Assembly: GCA_016839745.1 (NCBI GenBank) | Contig: JAEOTS010000045.1 | Location: forward strand, 1 to 64,000 | Direction of reading: 5' to 3' | Source of the DNA: Promethearchaeota archaeon | Lineage (GTDB): Archaea; Asgardarchaeota; Lokiarchaeia; Sigyniarchaeales; SOKP01 | DNA: 64,000 bases | Shown here: positions 41,932-51,406 of the stretch, piece by piece | Numbering within the stretch: position 1 is the stretch's first letter | Layout: the number at the start of each line of letters is the position of its first letter | Translations under genes and position numbers: made by a program | Notes under the pieces: model-generated | The model's database searches: none | Told to the model about the DNA's origin: nothing | What the model saw: the letters and a program-made list of their open reading frames with translations, nothing else

Positions 41932-42204
41932 TTATGATGTATTTGAATTTGAAGATCTTCTTTTTATTTGTTTATATATGTAATTAATTACGAGGGGAGC
42001 TACTAATATAAGAAGTCCATACGGATTTACTAAAAAAAGGTTGAGCACAGATAATAATAAATCTGAGGGATTATATTTAAATATATAAAATATTAGAAAT
42101 AGATAAACAGCAACGCTAAATAATACAAACAAATAATCAGCTTTCATTTTCCACAAAAAACCTAATAAAACTAAAAAAAAAAATATTGCGCTTAAATATT
42201 CCAT
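41932..42204 (-). CDS. Small hypothetical membrane protein
   Basis: 90 aa, three hydrophobic segments. Confidence 0.55.
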   Translation of the reverse strand: MEYLSAIFFFLVLLGFLWKMKADYLFVLFSVAVYLFLIFYIFKYNPSDLLLSVLNLFLVNPYGLLILVAPLVINYIYKQIKRRSSNSNTS

Positions 42205-42249
42205 ACTTCAAACCATTATATTTTAGGTAAAATATATTAAAAAAAAAAA

Positions 42250-44076
42250 TTAAAATTTTAGTTTCTTTTTCTTTATTGAAATTATTAATACGCCCATTGA
42301 AAATAGTGTAATACCAGTAAATATTAGAAGAGGATAACCGGGAATTATGTCAGTTTCAGTTAGTGTTGTTAATAATACAATAGATGCAACTTCTTGTCCA
42401 CCATATGTTAACCGGATATGATCTAGTACACCATTACTATCCCAATCCATATCAAAATTAATAGTTTTACCAGCGACAGGTCCAGGAAATTCATAAGCTT
42501 TGACAATACCACTCCAATCATAACCCTTTCCAACGAATAATCCTGCTGTTGACAAGAATTGTTCGATTAAAGCACTTTGATCTGCTGGAAATGTTGTTGG
42601 ATCTAAAATATACAATTGGTAATATTGAAATATATCTCCTCCTACTAAATCTGTTAAATTTACCCAATCACTCAACGGAATTCTAATCTGGATTGTAAGA
42701 TTTATGGGTACCCCTTTAGGACCTCCAGGAATTAGCTCTACTTCATCTCCTATATGATCTATTATTGCTTTCAGTCTAAATTTGTCGAATCCACCCATTA
42801 ATTCAAATTGATATAAAAGGGTTTCAAACTCAACCATCAGCTGATCAAAATATATTTGACCCTGATTTACATAATATGATCTTAAACTATCAATTGATAA
42901 AGTCGTCCAACCAGGTGGAAAAAATCCTTCGGGATATGAAGAATTTATAGCAATTACCATCATTCCCATTGATTCTCTTATTAAATCTAATGTGGGCATC
43001 GCTTGTTGTTGAGGAGACATCCCTGAAGTCATACCATAAACGGTCATATTAATTATTTCAGACATATTTAGAGCATATAAATCAAAGGGAACTGTGCTGT
43101 TGAAACTCTCAATAACGAACTCTGCAATATAGGTAATATTTTCATCTTTAATTGGTTCAAGGTATAAGATATCTATCATTAGATCTGATAAGGTGTGATC
43201 TTCCCAATCTCCAGGAATAGTTCCAATAGACATATTGAAGAGATACATATACTGATCAATGGCTGTAAAGAAACTGACCTCAGTTAATCCTGTATAAGCA
43301 TACATTTCATCCATTTGATCAATAAACCATTGTGGAATTATTGGTAACACTTGTTGGTAAAGTGTAGTTAGATTCATGTGAAACCAACCTGATGGGATCA
43401 TTCCGGGAATAATGGTGGTATTGACAAAATCAGCTATAAAACTAAGAGAATATTCCAGCAGATCATCCACTGTCATAGTTTCCCATCCTGAAGGTAGCCA
43501 TCCGTAAATATCTAAACTATTAATTAACAATTCGAAAATGTCGCTTATGGTAAACTCTTCGAATCCAGGGTAAGTCGCATTCAATCCATCTATTACATAC
43601 CCGAAAAATGTATCAATATTATCAGATCTCCAATCAGAAGGAATGAAACCAGATAGTACAGTAGTGTTAAATGTTTCTACAGTACTATCGAATAACGATT
43701 CTAGAAATGTTGAAAAATTAACTGTTTTCCAATCAGAGGGAATTAACCCTGGAAGGAAATTTGTATTAATAAAATCTATCGAATCTGCGGCCAAAAGTGA
43801 AATAGCGTCAGAAGCATTCAAATCAGTATAAGGACCAAGATCTAAAGCCAAGATTTCAGTAAATAATTCATCAACAAAGGTTTCAAAATCATTTTTTAAA
43901 GAATATACTCCATCTTTATTTAGTCCTAAGTCCCATACATATTCTTCGCCTTCAGAAATACCAACATAACTAGGAGCTTGCGCAACAGTGAAATTTCCAA
44001 CTGAAATTAAAATAAGGCTGCCTATTAATAATATACTAGCAATTTTTACTTTTCGCATTTTGATTGCCCTTAACAA
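42250..44076 (-). CDS. Secreted acidic helical-repeat surface protein with IPGY anchor
   Basis: Signal peptide (likely start ATG 44058), SYVGISEGEEYVW, six P-x-[DG]-W repeats, WDSNGVL, IIPGYPLLIFTG...KKKKLKF. Confidence 0.8.
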   Translation of the reverse strand: MLRAIKMRKVKIASILLIGSLILISVGNFTVAQAPSYVGISEGEEYVWDLGLNKDGVYSLKNDFETFVDELFTEILALDLGPYTDLNASDAISLLAADSIDFINTNFLPGLIPSDWKTVNFSTFLESLFDSTVETFNTTVLSGFIPSDWRSDNIDTFFGYVIDGLNATYPGFEEFTISDIFELLINSLDIYGWLPSGWETMTVDDLLEYSLSFIADFVNTTIIPGMIPSGWFHMNLTTLYQQVLPIIPQWFIDQMDEMYAYTGLTEVSFFTAIDQYMYLFNMSIGTIPGDWEDHTLSDLMIDILYLEPIKDENITYIAEFVIESFNSTVPFDLYALNMSEIINMTVYGMTSGMSPQQQAMPTLDLIRESMGMMVIAINSSYPEGFFPPGWTTLSIDSLRSYYVNQGQIYFDQLMVEFETLLYQFELMGGFDKFRLKAIIDHIGDEVELIPGGPKGVPINLTIQIRIPLSDWVNLTDLVGGDIFQYYQLYILDPTTFPADQSALIEQFLSTAGLFVGKGYDWSGIVKAYEFPGPVAGKTINFDMDWDSNGVLDHIRLTYGGQEVASIVLLTTLTETDIIPGYPLLIFTGITLFSMGVLIISIKKKKLKF

Positions 44077-44335
44077 ATTAAATTATTTTTTAGTAAAATT
44101 ACTTTAGTATATAATATACACATTATCTATTTAAACATATGTTATAATGGTTCAGTAAGCTTTTAAATTAAATTTTTTAAAAATTATCAAATAAATTCTT
44201 TACAAATTCTAAGAATCAATAATTCCTAAATTATTAATTATTCCTAATAATTACACATATATTACAATAATAACTTTTTATATAACTTTTAAAACTAGTT
44301 TAAAATCAATATTTGAAAAAAGCGGGATATAAAAG

Positions 44336-45100
44336 ATGGATTATAACCTTGCAATAATCACTCAAGATCTTTCTAAAAATTATGGTAAGACACTTGCTGT
44401 AAAAAATCTGAATCTAAATGTGCCTTATGGTATAATATATGGGCTTCTCGGACCAAACGGAGCGGGAAAGACCACAACTGTCAAAATGCTTAATTCGATG
44501 ATTGAACCTAGTAGTGGTAATGCGAAAGTAATGAATTATGATATTATCACTCAAAAGAAGGAAGTTAAATTAAATTGTGGATATTTATCTGAATCACCAA
44601 GTTTGTATGAAAAACTCACCGCAAGAGAGTTTTTAGAGTTTGTAGGTGAATTGTATTACATTACTCCAAGAATGAATGCTAAGCGAATAAGTGAATTATT
44701 AGTTTTATTTGATCTAACTAATAAAGAAAATGATTTAATTAAAACATTTTCAAGAGGAATGAAACAAAAATTAGGATTGTGTGCGGCATTAATACATGAT
44801 CCGGAGATTATCTTCTTAGATGAACCTACATCAAACCTAGATCCCGAAACAAGCAGAACAGTTAAAGACCTTGTGTTGGATTTAGTGAAAAAAGTAAATA
44901 AAACTATTTTTCTCTGTACTCACTTACTCGATACTGCTGAAGAATTATGCGATAAAATTGGAATTATTAATAATGGGACCTTACTAATAGAGGGAAAACC
45001 ACGAGATTTAATCAAATCTGTTGATGCAAAAGATTTAGAAGATGCCTATTTAAAAATGTTGAGAATATCTAGGAATAAAGATGTATTATCCTGGAGATAG
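44336..45100 (+). CDS. ABC transporter ATP-binding protein
   Basis: GPNGAGKTT, FSRGMKQ, FLDEPT, THLL. Confidence 0.95.
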   Translation: MDYNLAIITQDLSKNYGKTLAVKNLNLNVPYGIIYGLLGPNGAGKTTTVKMLNSMIEPSSGNAKVMNYDIITQKKEVKLNCGYLSESPSLYEKLTAREFLEFVGELYYITPRMNAKRISELLVLFDLTNKENDLIKTFSRGMKQKLGLCAALIHDPEIIFLDEPTSNLDPETSRTVKDLVLDLVKKVNKTIFLCTHLLDTAEELCDKIGIINNGTLLIEGKPRDLIKSVDAKDLEDAYLKMLRISRNKDVLSWR

Positions 45101-45266
45101 CTAGGTAATTTTCGATCTTAATACCGCACTATCTTGATCTGATTCATTACATGCTGGAGTTAATTATTCTTGTAATAAAACTAACTATTTATCCCAAATG
45201 AAAATAATAAATATGCTACCTTATGATTATTAGCAGATAAAAAAGAAAAGTAAAAAAAATAGAAAC

Positions 45267-45533
45267 TTACGAACTAAGTAATTGAAATAGTATCGTAGCA
45301 TGAGGGATATAGAATTGGTCTTTAACTTTAATTACGACAGTATGAAAGTATTCAGCTAAACCTAAAAAACCCCTTATAACAGATTCGTCCTCTTCGAACT
45401 TAAATACTACTCTAGCTATAGCTGCGCCAGTACTAAAGTTGGCTTTTTCATACACCCTTTCATCGATTAAAGGAATTTTCAATTCGTTTACAATTTCATA
45501 CACACGCTTAATGAAGAGTTCTCTCTTTGGAAT
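45267..45533 (-). CDS. Hypothetical protein, 88 aa, probable ATT start (track start GTG 45503)
   Basis: AGGTG (45545-45541), 7-nt spacer, then ATT CCA AAG AGA GAA in frame with YEIVNELKIPLIDERVYEK. Confidence 0.65.
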   Translation of the reverse strand: MPKRELFIKRVYEIVNELKIPLIDERVYEKANFSTGAAIARVVFKFEEDESVIRGFLGLAEYFHTVVIKVKDQFYIPHATILFQLLSS

Positions 45534-45807
45534 ATTAAAACACCTATTAATATTGAAAACTAATTATTATAGATACAAATGAAATATGATATATAATATA
45601 TTAGATTTGAACCTTTTAATTGTTTTTTTTTCCAAGAAATTTTTGATTAGACGGAACTTATTTAGTTAAGTTAAAATCTAAGATGCGATACAAGTATTAT
45701 AAAAAAATAAAAATAAAAATATAAATTAATATAATACAATTACTACTATAGCTATATATTATTCCATAATAAAAAAATAAAAAAAAATTAGAGGAATTGA
45801 TGGATCG

Positions 45808-46503
45808 TTGGTTTCGAAAGAATATAAGAAGATAGAGAGAGTCGTAAATTTTATGAAAAAAGGGTTAACATCCCTATCTGACGATTTAGAAGAAACTGTT
45901 AAAGGGATTAATGATTTTATAAAATCATTGGGTAAGGCATTGAAGGATTTGAAAGATGTCTCTATTGAACCAGAATTAAAAACTGTAAGCACATCCTCTA
46001 AAAAAGTCGTTGGTACCTCAACGGGACAAGCAAAAACTGCTGCTGCCAGTACGTTATTTAATTTACTGAGCGGTAGTCCCGGAGCAGTACAACAAGCGCC
46101 ACCAACTGCTACCGCGAGTACTTCACCTACGGTTGGGAGCCCTCCTAAATCACCTAGTGTTGGTCCTCCAAAAAGACCTGCAAGTGGGGTGCCTCCTAAA
46201 GCCCCAATAACTGGCGTAGCCCCTAAACGCTCTAATTTACCACCAGCACCAAAATTACCTCCCACTGCTGGAAGTGGTCCCCCCCAAGCACCAAATAAGG
46301 GAATAGTTCAAACTCCATCATTTGCCAAAAGACCTGCGGCTCCTGCAACAGGCGTTCCTGCAAGACCACCTGGCGCACCTACAGCACCTCCAGCGGTATC
46401 GGCTCCAGCAACGGCACCTCAAGCCGGCGGTGGATTAGGTTCTTTACGCGACGAGATGTTAGAAGAATTAAACCGCTTAAAGAAAATAATGAGAGGAGAT
46501 TAA
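45808..46503 (+). CDS. Coiled-coil + proline-rich protein with C-terminal amphipathic helix/LKKI (WH2-like) motif
   Basis: N-terminal heptad helix, long Pro/Ala/Thr/Ser linker, C-terminus GGGLGSLRDEMLEELNRLKKIMRGD. Confidence 0.75.
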   Translation: MVSKEYKKIERVVNFMKKGLTSLSDDLEETVKGINDFIKSLGKALKDLKDVSIEPELKTVSTSSKKVVGTSTGQAKTAAASTLFNLLSGSPGAVQQAPPTATASTSPTVGSPPKSPSVGPPKRPASGVPPKAPITGVAPKRSNLPPAPKLPPTAGSGPPQAPNKGIVQTPSFAKRPAAPATGVPARPPGAPTAPPAVSAPATAPQAGGGLGSLRDEMLEELNRLKKIMRGD

Positions 46504-46609
46504 GAAACAGACTTTACTACTTTTTGTTAGTCTTTTATATTAGGAATTTCTTAATTTTTACTTTCTCATTCAACAACTTTTTATTATAAATATCAGATAT
46601 TTAATATAG

Positions 46610-47356
46610 ATGGAGAATAACAATTCTATTATTAGCGATAACGGAATTCCTGTTGTAGTTCCTAAACGTATGTTAGTCTTTGCTGGTCACCCAGATGATG
46701 AAATTATATCATGTGGTGGAACGATACTTAAATATCAAGCTTTGGGATCTGAAGTATTCGTAGTTGTAGCAACAAGCGGATTAGGTGGATACGCAAAAAG
46801 CGAACAGAAAACCGAGATTGAAAAGCAAAGAAAGCAAGAACTTGAATTAATTCAGAAATCTTTGAAATGTAAAATCATCGAATTAGAGTATGTTGATTTA
46901 GAAGTCAATAGCGAACATATTTCAGAAATAACCAATTTAATAAGAGAGATTAGACCTCATGTTATTCTAATTCCTCATTATTCAGATTTCCACCGTGTTC
47001 ATAGGAATTTATCTTTAATTACAAAAGAAGCAATCTACCATTGTTCCACGGGTAAAGCATATGGAGGATATAAAAGAAATTGGACTCCATTAGGAGTTTA
47101 TTACTACGAATCCCCTTCTTGCAAGTTCCAATATGTAGAAGGTTCTGTTTTTATAATAGTAGATATTGAAAAATACTGGCGCGAGAAAAAAGAAATCTTC
47201 AATATTGTTTATCTTTCTCAGAAGGAGGTTTTAGAAAGAGTGCTAGAATGGGCTGAGGACACAGCAACTTTAAGAGGTAACGAAATTAATTCAACTTATG
47301 GGGAAGCTTTTATCCCCGAGACTACATATACTCCGTTGAAAATTTTATTATTATAG
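46610..47356 (+). CDS. PIG-L/LmbE family deacetylase
   Basis: GHPDDEIISCGGT, RKQE, IREIRPHVILIPH, HRVH, EAF. Confidence 0.88.
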   Translation: MENNNSIISDNGIPVVVPKRMLVFAGHPDDEIISCGGTILKYQALGSEVFVVVATSGLGGYAKSEQKTEIEKQRKQELELIQKSLKCKIIELEYVDLEVNSEHISEITNLIREIRPHVILIPHYSDFHRVHRNLSLITKEAIYHCSTGKAYGGYKRNWTPLGVYYYESPSCKFQYVEGSVFIIVDIEKYWREKKEIFNIVYLSQKEVLERVLEWAEDTATLRGNEINSTYGEAFIPETTYTPLKILLL

Positions 47357-47398
47357 ATTCGAAATAACTAATACCAAACATAAAAAAATAAGGAAATT

Positions 47399-48514
47399 AT
47401 GGGTAATCTTACTGTTGTTTTAGATATTGGGCAGTTTTCAGCAAAAGCAGGATTTGCGGGAGAAGATATGCCGTCTCAAGTTTTCTTCACGATTGTAGGA
47501 ACCCCAAAATATAGACAAATTGATTACGAGTATTCAGGTATTAGAAAAGACGATTTTTATGTAGGAGATGAAATTCAATCAATAGGGTTATATAAGGTTT
47601 TTTACCCAATAAATAAAGGAATAATCAAGGACTGGCTTTCTTTTGAAAAAATAATTGATTACATTTTTTACAATTTAAGAGTAGATCCGAGCTTAGTTAA
47701 CATATTGTTTGCGGTTCATCCTTTATTTCCTTACAGCGATTTAAAGAAATTATTTGAATTATTCTTAGAAAAATATCAATGTAATGCGTTTTATCCTGTC
47801 TTAGATTCCATGCTTACTTTGTACGCAGGAGGTTTTCAAACAGGTTTAGTTGTAGAGATCGGAGATAGTCTTACAAGAATAACTCCTATCTATCAAGGAT
47901 ACAAACTAGATCACGCAATTAAACATGTTGATATTGGTGGAAGAACTTTAACGAGGTTCATGGAAAAAATATTAGGTGAAAAAGGATATTCGTCAGATTC
48001 TTCAATTAGGAGGGAACTTGTAAGAGCCTTAAAAGAAAAAGCGTGTTTTGTATCTCTTGATTATAAAGAGGATTTGAAGAGAGTTGAGCAATACGAAAAG
48101 GAATATTCTTTACCGGACGGCTCAACAATTTTTTTAGCTAGAGAAAGGTTCGAAGTACCAGAATTATTGTTCAATCCATCATTGGAATTAGAGGAGATTT
48201 CTCTCCCAGAAGCAATAATGGATGTTATTGAGATGTGCGACTTAGATGTTCGTCCAGACTTATTAAACAACATTTTTTTATCGGGAGGTTCTTCTATGTT
48301 TCCCAATATCAAATCCCGAATTTATCAAGAATTAGAAATTGAATTAGCTCGCCGAAATAAAAAAAATCAAGTCATTAAAATAATAGCTCCCAGGGAGCGC
48401 ATTTTCTCTGTTTGGGTTGGAGGATCGATTTTGGCAATGATCCCTGAATTCGAGCAGAATTGGATAACCAGAGCGAAATATTACAATGAAGGTATCCCTG
48501 ACGATCTTCTATGA
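47399..48514 (+). CDS. Actin-related protein (divergent Asgard actin homologue)
   Basis: DIGQFSAKAGFAGED, YVGDE, YPINKGII, GGRTLT, LKEKACFV, YSLPDG, ERFEVPELLFNP, LSGGSSMF, SVWVGGSILA. Confidence 0.95.
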   Translation: MGNLTVVLDIGQFSAKAGFAGEDMPSQVFFTIVGTPKYRQIDYEYSGIRKDDFYVGDEIQSIGLYKVFYPINKGIIKDWLSFEKIIDYIFYNLRVDPSLVNILFAVHPLFPYSDLKKLFELFLEKYQCNAFYPVLDSMLTLYAGGFQTGLVVEIGDSLTRITPIYQGYKLDHAIKHVDIGGRTLTRFMEKILGEKGYSSDSSIRRELVRALKEKACFVSLDYKEDLKRVEQYEKEYSLPDGSTIFLARERFEVPELLFNPSLELEEISLPEAIMDVIEMCDLDVRPDLLNNIFLSGGSSMFPNIKSRIYQELEIELARRNKKNQVIKIIAPRERIFSVWVGGSILAMIPEFEQNWITRAKYYNEGIPDDLL

Positions 48515-48646
48515 ATCATCGCTTTAGATTCAAGCATCTGTTTTTCAAAGTATCAGAGTAATATTACAAGCGTATTACAGTTTTTTAAAAATATTATTCT
48601 GGTATTATATCTTAGTAGAACTTTATCTCAAGTAGAGTGTTAAAAA

Positions 48647-49012
48647 ATGGAAGGTCCTCAAAATACGAGTTTCGAACAAACTAAAATTCTTAAAAGGTAC
48701 TATAAGCCAGATTACTCTCAATTATTTAACAAATTAAAGAACATAAAAACTCCCGTGAAAAACGAAATTTTAATTTCCTTACTTGACGGAAATTGGCACA
48801 CAGAGTTAGACTTAATTAGAGTAGCTAAACAAAAAATGAAATATATGGGTGCTGTAACCTTAGGGACTATGATTCTTTCTTTAAATCATCACTTAAAAAA
48901 CGATTATGTTGAAAGGAAAGTGATAAACGGAAAGCTGTCTTACAGAATATCAGATAACTACGTAGGTCTTACTCGAGCTGCATATAACAAATATAGTTTT
49001 AAAATGGACTAA
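48647..49012 (+). CDS. Putative winged-helix DNA-binding protein
   Basis: EILISLLDG...helix...YVERKVINGKLSYRIS beta-wing pattern. Confidence 0.55.
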   Translation: MEGPQNTSFEQTKILKRYYKPDYSQLFNKLKNIKTPVKNEILISLLDGNWHTELDLIRVAKQKMKYMGAVTLGTMILSLNHHLKNDYVERKVINGKLSYRISDNYVGLTRAAYNKYSFKMD

Positions 49013-49034
49013 CTTCAAATTAAATAAACTTTTT

Positions 49035-51221
49035 TTAATTTCTTTTTACGCACTGATCTTTAGAAATTTGATAACCTGAGCAACTAGAACAAAAACCATT
49101 AGTTTCTTCTTTATACCTATTACTCCAACATTTTGGACAAATATAATATACAGTAGTTTTATTTTTGTTCCTTTTTAGGATCTTAAACACATTAAAACCG
49201 CATTTTAAACAAGTCGTAGATTTTAATATGGTAATCCTACCAGTTTTTGGAACTGGGAGGTAAGTCTTACAACTTCTATCAGAACACGCAAGGAATCTTT
49301 TTTTTTGTGAAGTAGTGACTAAGCTCATGGGATTAGTATTGCAAGTTGGGCATTTAGAAGTAGTTTGAGGAAAACTTTTCTGTGTAGAATTTTGTTGCAT
49401 TGCCGTTTTTAAATTATCTTTCACGCTATCAAATTGGAAAGTTATCGCTTTTTTATTATTACGGAATTTATCAAATAAATCGAGGAAGAGCTTTTTTACT
49501 GTAGTAACCACACTATCCATTGTTTTCCTATTTTCTTTGACGTCTTCAAGTAACTTTTCAACAAATCTGGTAAAATCAGGCTTTAAAAATGGTAACCACA
49601 CTTTAATTAATTCACTAATAAGAAATTTACCCCATTCAGTTATTTTAAAGCGATTTTTAGCAATTCTATAGATTAATTTACGATCTACTAGAATCTTAAT
49701 TATAGTGGGACGAGTGGATTTTGTTCCTAGGTGTTCTTTCTCCATTAGTTTTAATAAAGTTGTATCTGTGTAATGGGGAAGTGGTTGAGTTTCTTTTTCG
49801 TTCAAAAAGATTTTATTAACCGGAAGTTCCTTAACTTGAATCTCGAATAATGGTTGATAAACTTTTTTCAAAAATGGAGCGATTTCGTAAAATCCACTTT
49901 GAGTTAACGCCACGATTTGAGATGCAAATACTTCATCTTTGATGGATAACTTTAATTTGGTCCTCAATTCTTTTGCTTGTTTACCAAAAAGGGCTAAATA
50001 ATGGCGAGCTAAAATATCGTATACTTTTTTCTCGAGATCGTTCTCAAATTTAGAGCTTTTTTGCTCTAGGCTTACCAATGGAGTAATGGGTGGATGATCT
50101 CCAGCATCAACTTTTCCGGTTGTTGGATTCATTCTATTTTCCTTAAATAGATTTACTGTGTAAGATCCATAGTTAATGTGTGGTTTGAAATTTTTAAGAT
50201 ATTGAATATGATCAAAAGTGGAGTTGTATTTATCGCTATCAGTTCTTGGGTAAGAGATAATCTGATTTAAGTAGAGTGAATTCATAGTATTCATAGCCGC
50301 TCTTGCGCTAATTCTTAAAGTCTTTGTTAACAATACCAGAGCTTTAGAAGTGTTTAAAGGTGTTGGCGGATTAATTACTACGGATTCTTTTGTATTGTTT
50401 AAAATTATAGCGATTTTCTCGTCTTTAATTTTTTGGAAAATAGCTTTTGCTTCAGATTCTTTCTCTTTAACGAAAGGATTCTTAGTATGCACAGCTTTAA
50501 TATTATAATTTTTATGCTCTAAATTGGCTGTAATTGTCCAGTATGGTTCAGGAATAAATTGTTCGATCTCAAGGTCTCTTAAATATATTAAATAGAGTAG
50601 AGAAGTCTGTACTCTTCCTATCGATACAAATTTATTATTAATCTCGTTCAATATCGGTTTGAATGTATTAGTGACTTCTCTAGTGCTTGAAAAACCGATG
50701 AAAGCGTCAATAATCGCTCTTGCTTCACCTGATTCTCCCCAACTCCATTTAGGAGGAATTAGATTTCTATATTTTGAAACGATCTCCTTTTTCTCTAATG
50801 AACTTAACCATAGTTGGTTAACTTTAATACTTCTATTAGCCTTAATAATAAAGGGTAGCGCGTCAAAAAGACCTATATTACACCCTTCAATGTCTGCATC
50901 AGTAGCAATCACACATTCATCGCACAATTTAGAGAATTCGATTAAAGTTTTAATATATGGACTGGCATAACTTATAGCCACTTTATCAATTGATTTTGGA
51001 TTTGTAATGATTTCTCTCGGATCTGATTTAGCCCAGCTTTTATATTGAGCGGTATTTCTATATTCTAAAATATGTCCTCGAAGAGGAACAACATAGATAT
51101 TCTTAGAAGGTATATGATAGACATGTAGGAACTTAGTTTTGCTTATAATGGTAACAGGTCCTAACGCTTCTGCGATTCCTTTAGCAGCTTTATTTTTTTC
51201 AGAAATTATTAAAATCGGCAT
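49035..51221 (-). CDS. topA: Type IA DNA topoisomerase (archaeal TopA/Top3) with C-terminal Zn ribbons
   Basis: ISEKNKAA, RGH, ATDADIEG, SIGRVQT, ISYPRTDS, HPPITP, LGTKSTR, CxxC ribbons. Confidence 0.93.
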   Translation of the reverse strand: MPILIISEKNKAAKGIAEALGPVTIISKTKFLHVYHIPSKNIYVVPLRGHILEYRNTAQYKSWAKSDPREIITNPKSIDKVAISYASPYIKTLIEFSKLCDECVIATDADIEGCNIGLFDALPFIIKANRSIKVNQLWLSSLEKKEIVSKYRNLIPPKWSWGESGEARAIIDAFIGFSSTREVTNTFKPILNEINNKFVSIGRVQTSLLYLIYLRDLEIEQFIPEPYWTITANLEHKNYNIKAVHTKNPFVKEKESEAKAIFQKIKDEKIAIILNNTKESVVINPPTPLNTSKALVLLTKTLRISARAAMNTMNSLYLNQIISYPRTDSDKYNSTFDHIQYLKNFKPHINYGSYTVNLFKENRMNPTTGKVDAGDHPPITPLVSLEQKSSKFENDLEKKVYDILARHYLALFGKQAKELRTKLKLSIKDEVFASQIVALTQSGFYEIAPFLKKVYQPLFEIQVKELPVNKIFLNEKETQPLPHYTDTTLLKLMEKEHLGTKSTRPTIIKILVDRKLIYRIAKNRFKITEWGKFLISELIKVWLPFLKPDFTRFVEKLLEDVKENRKTMDSVVTTVKKLFLDLFDKFRNNKKAITFQFDSVKDNLKTAMQQNSTQKSFPQTTSKCPTCNTNPMSLVTTSQKKRFLACSDRSCKTYLPVPKTGRITILKSTTCLKCGFNVFKILKRNKNKTTVYYICPKCWSNRYKEETNGFCSSCSGYQISKDQCVKRN

Positions 51222-51406
51222 TAGATTTTTTGTTTTATGCCATACATTATTTAGATAATTTATAATTCAAGGATTTATAAATAACAATAGATTTACGTAT
51301 TTCTAATTGATGTTAAATAATACTCTCTAATTTGAATACAAAAATTCAGCTTATTATAATTTCTCATTGTAGATATTTAATTGTTCTGTAATCTAAAAAA
51401 ATAAGT

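Noticed and set aside
45759-46265. 168-aa Gly-rich ORF on the minus strand
   Set aside because: Antisense shadow of the Pro-rich gene (CCN codons read as Gly-rich).
46426-46500. ESCRT-III-type MIM1 motif at the end of the Pro-rich protein
   Set aside because: Lacks the LxxRLxxL spacing; WH2-like or oligomerisation helix fits better.
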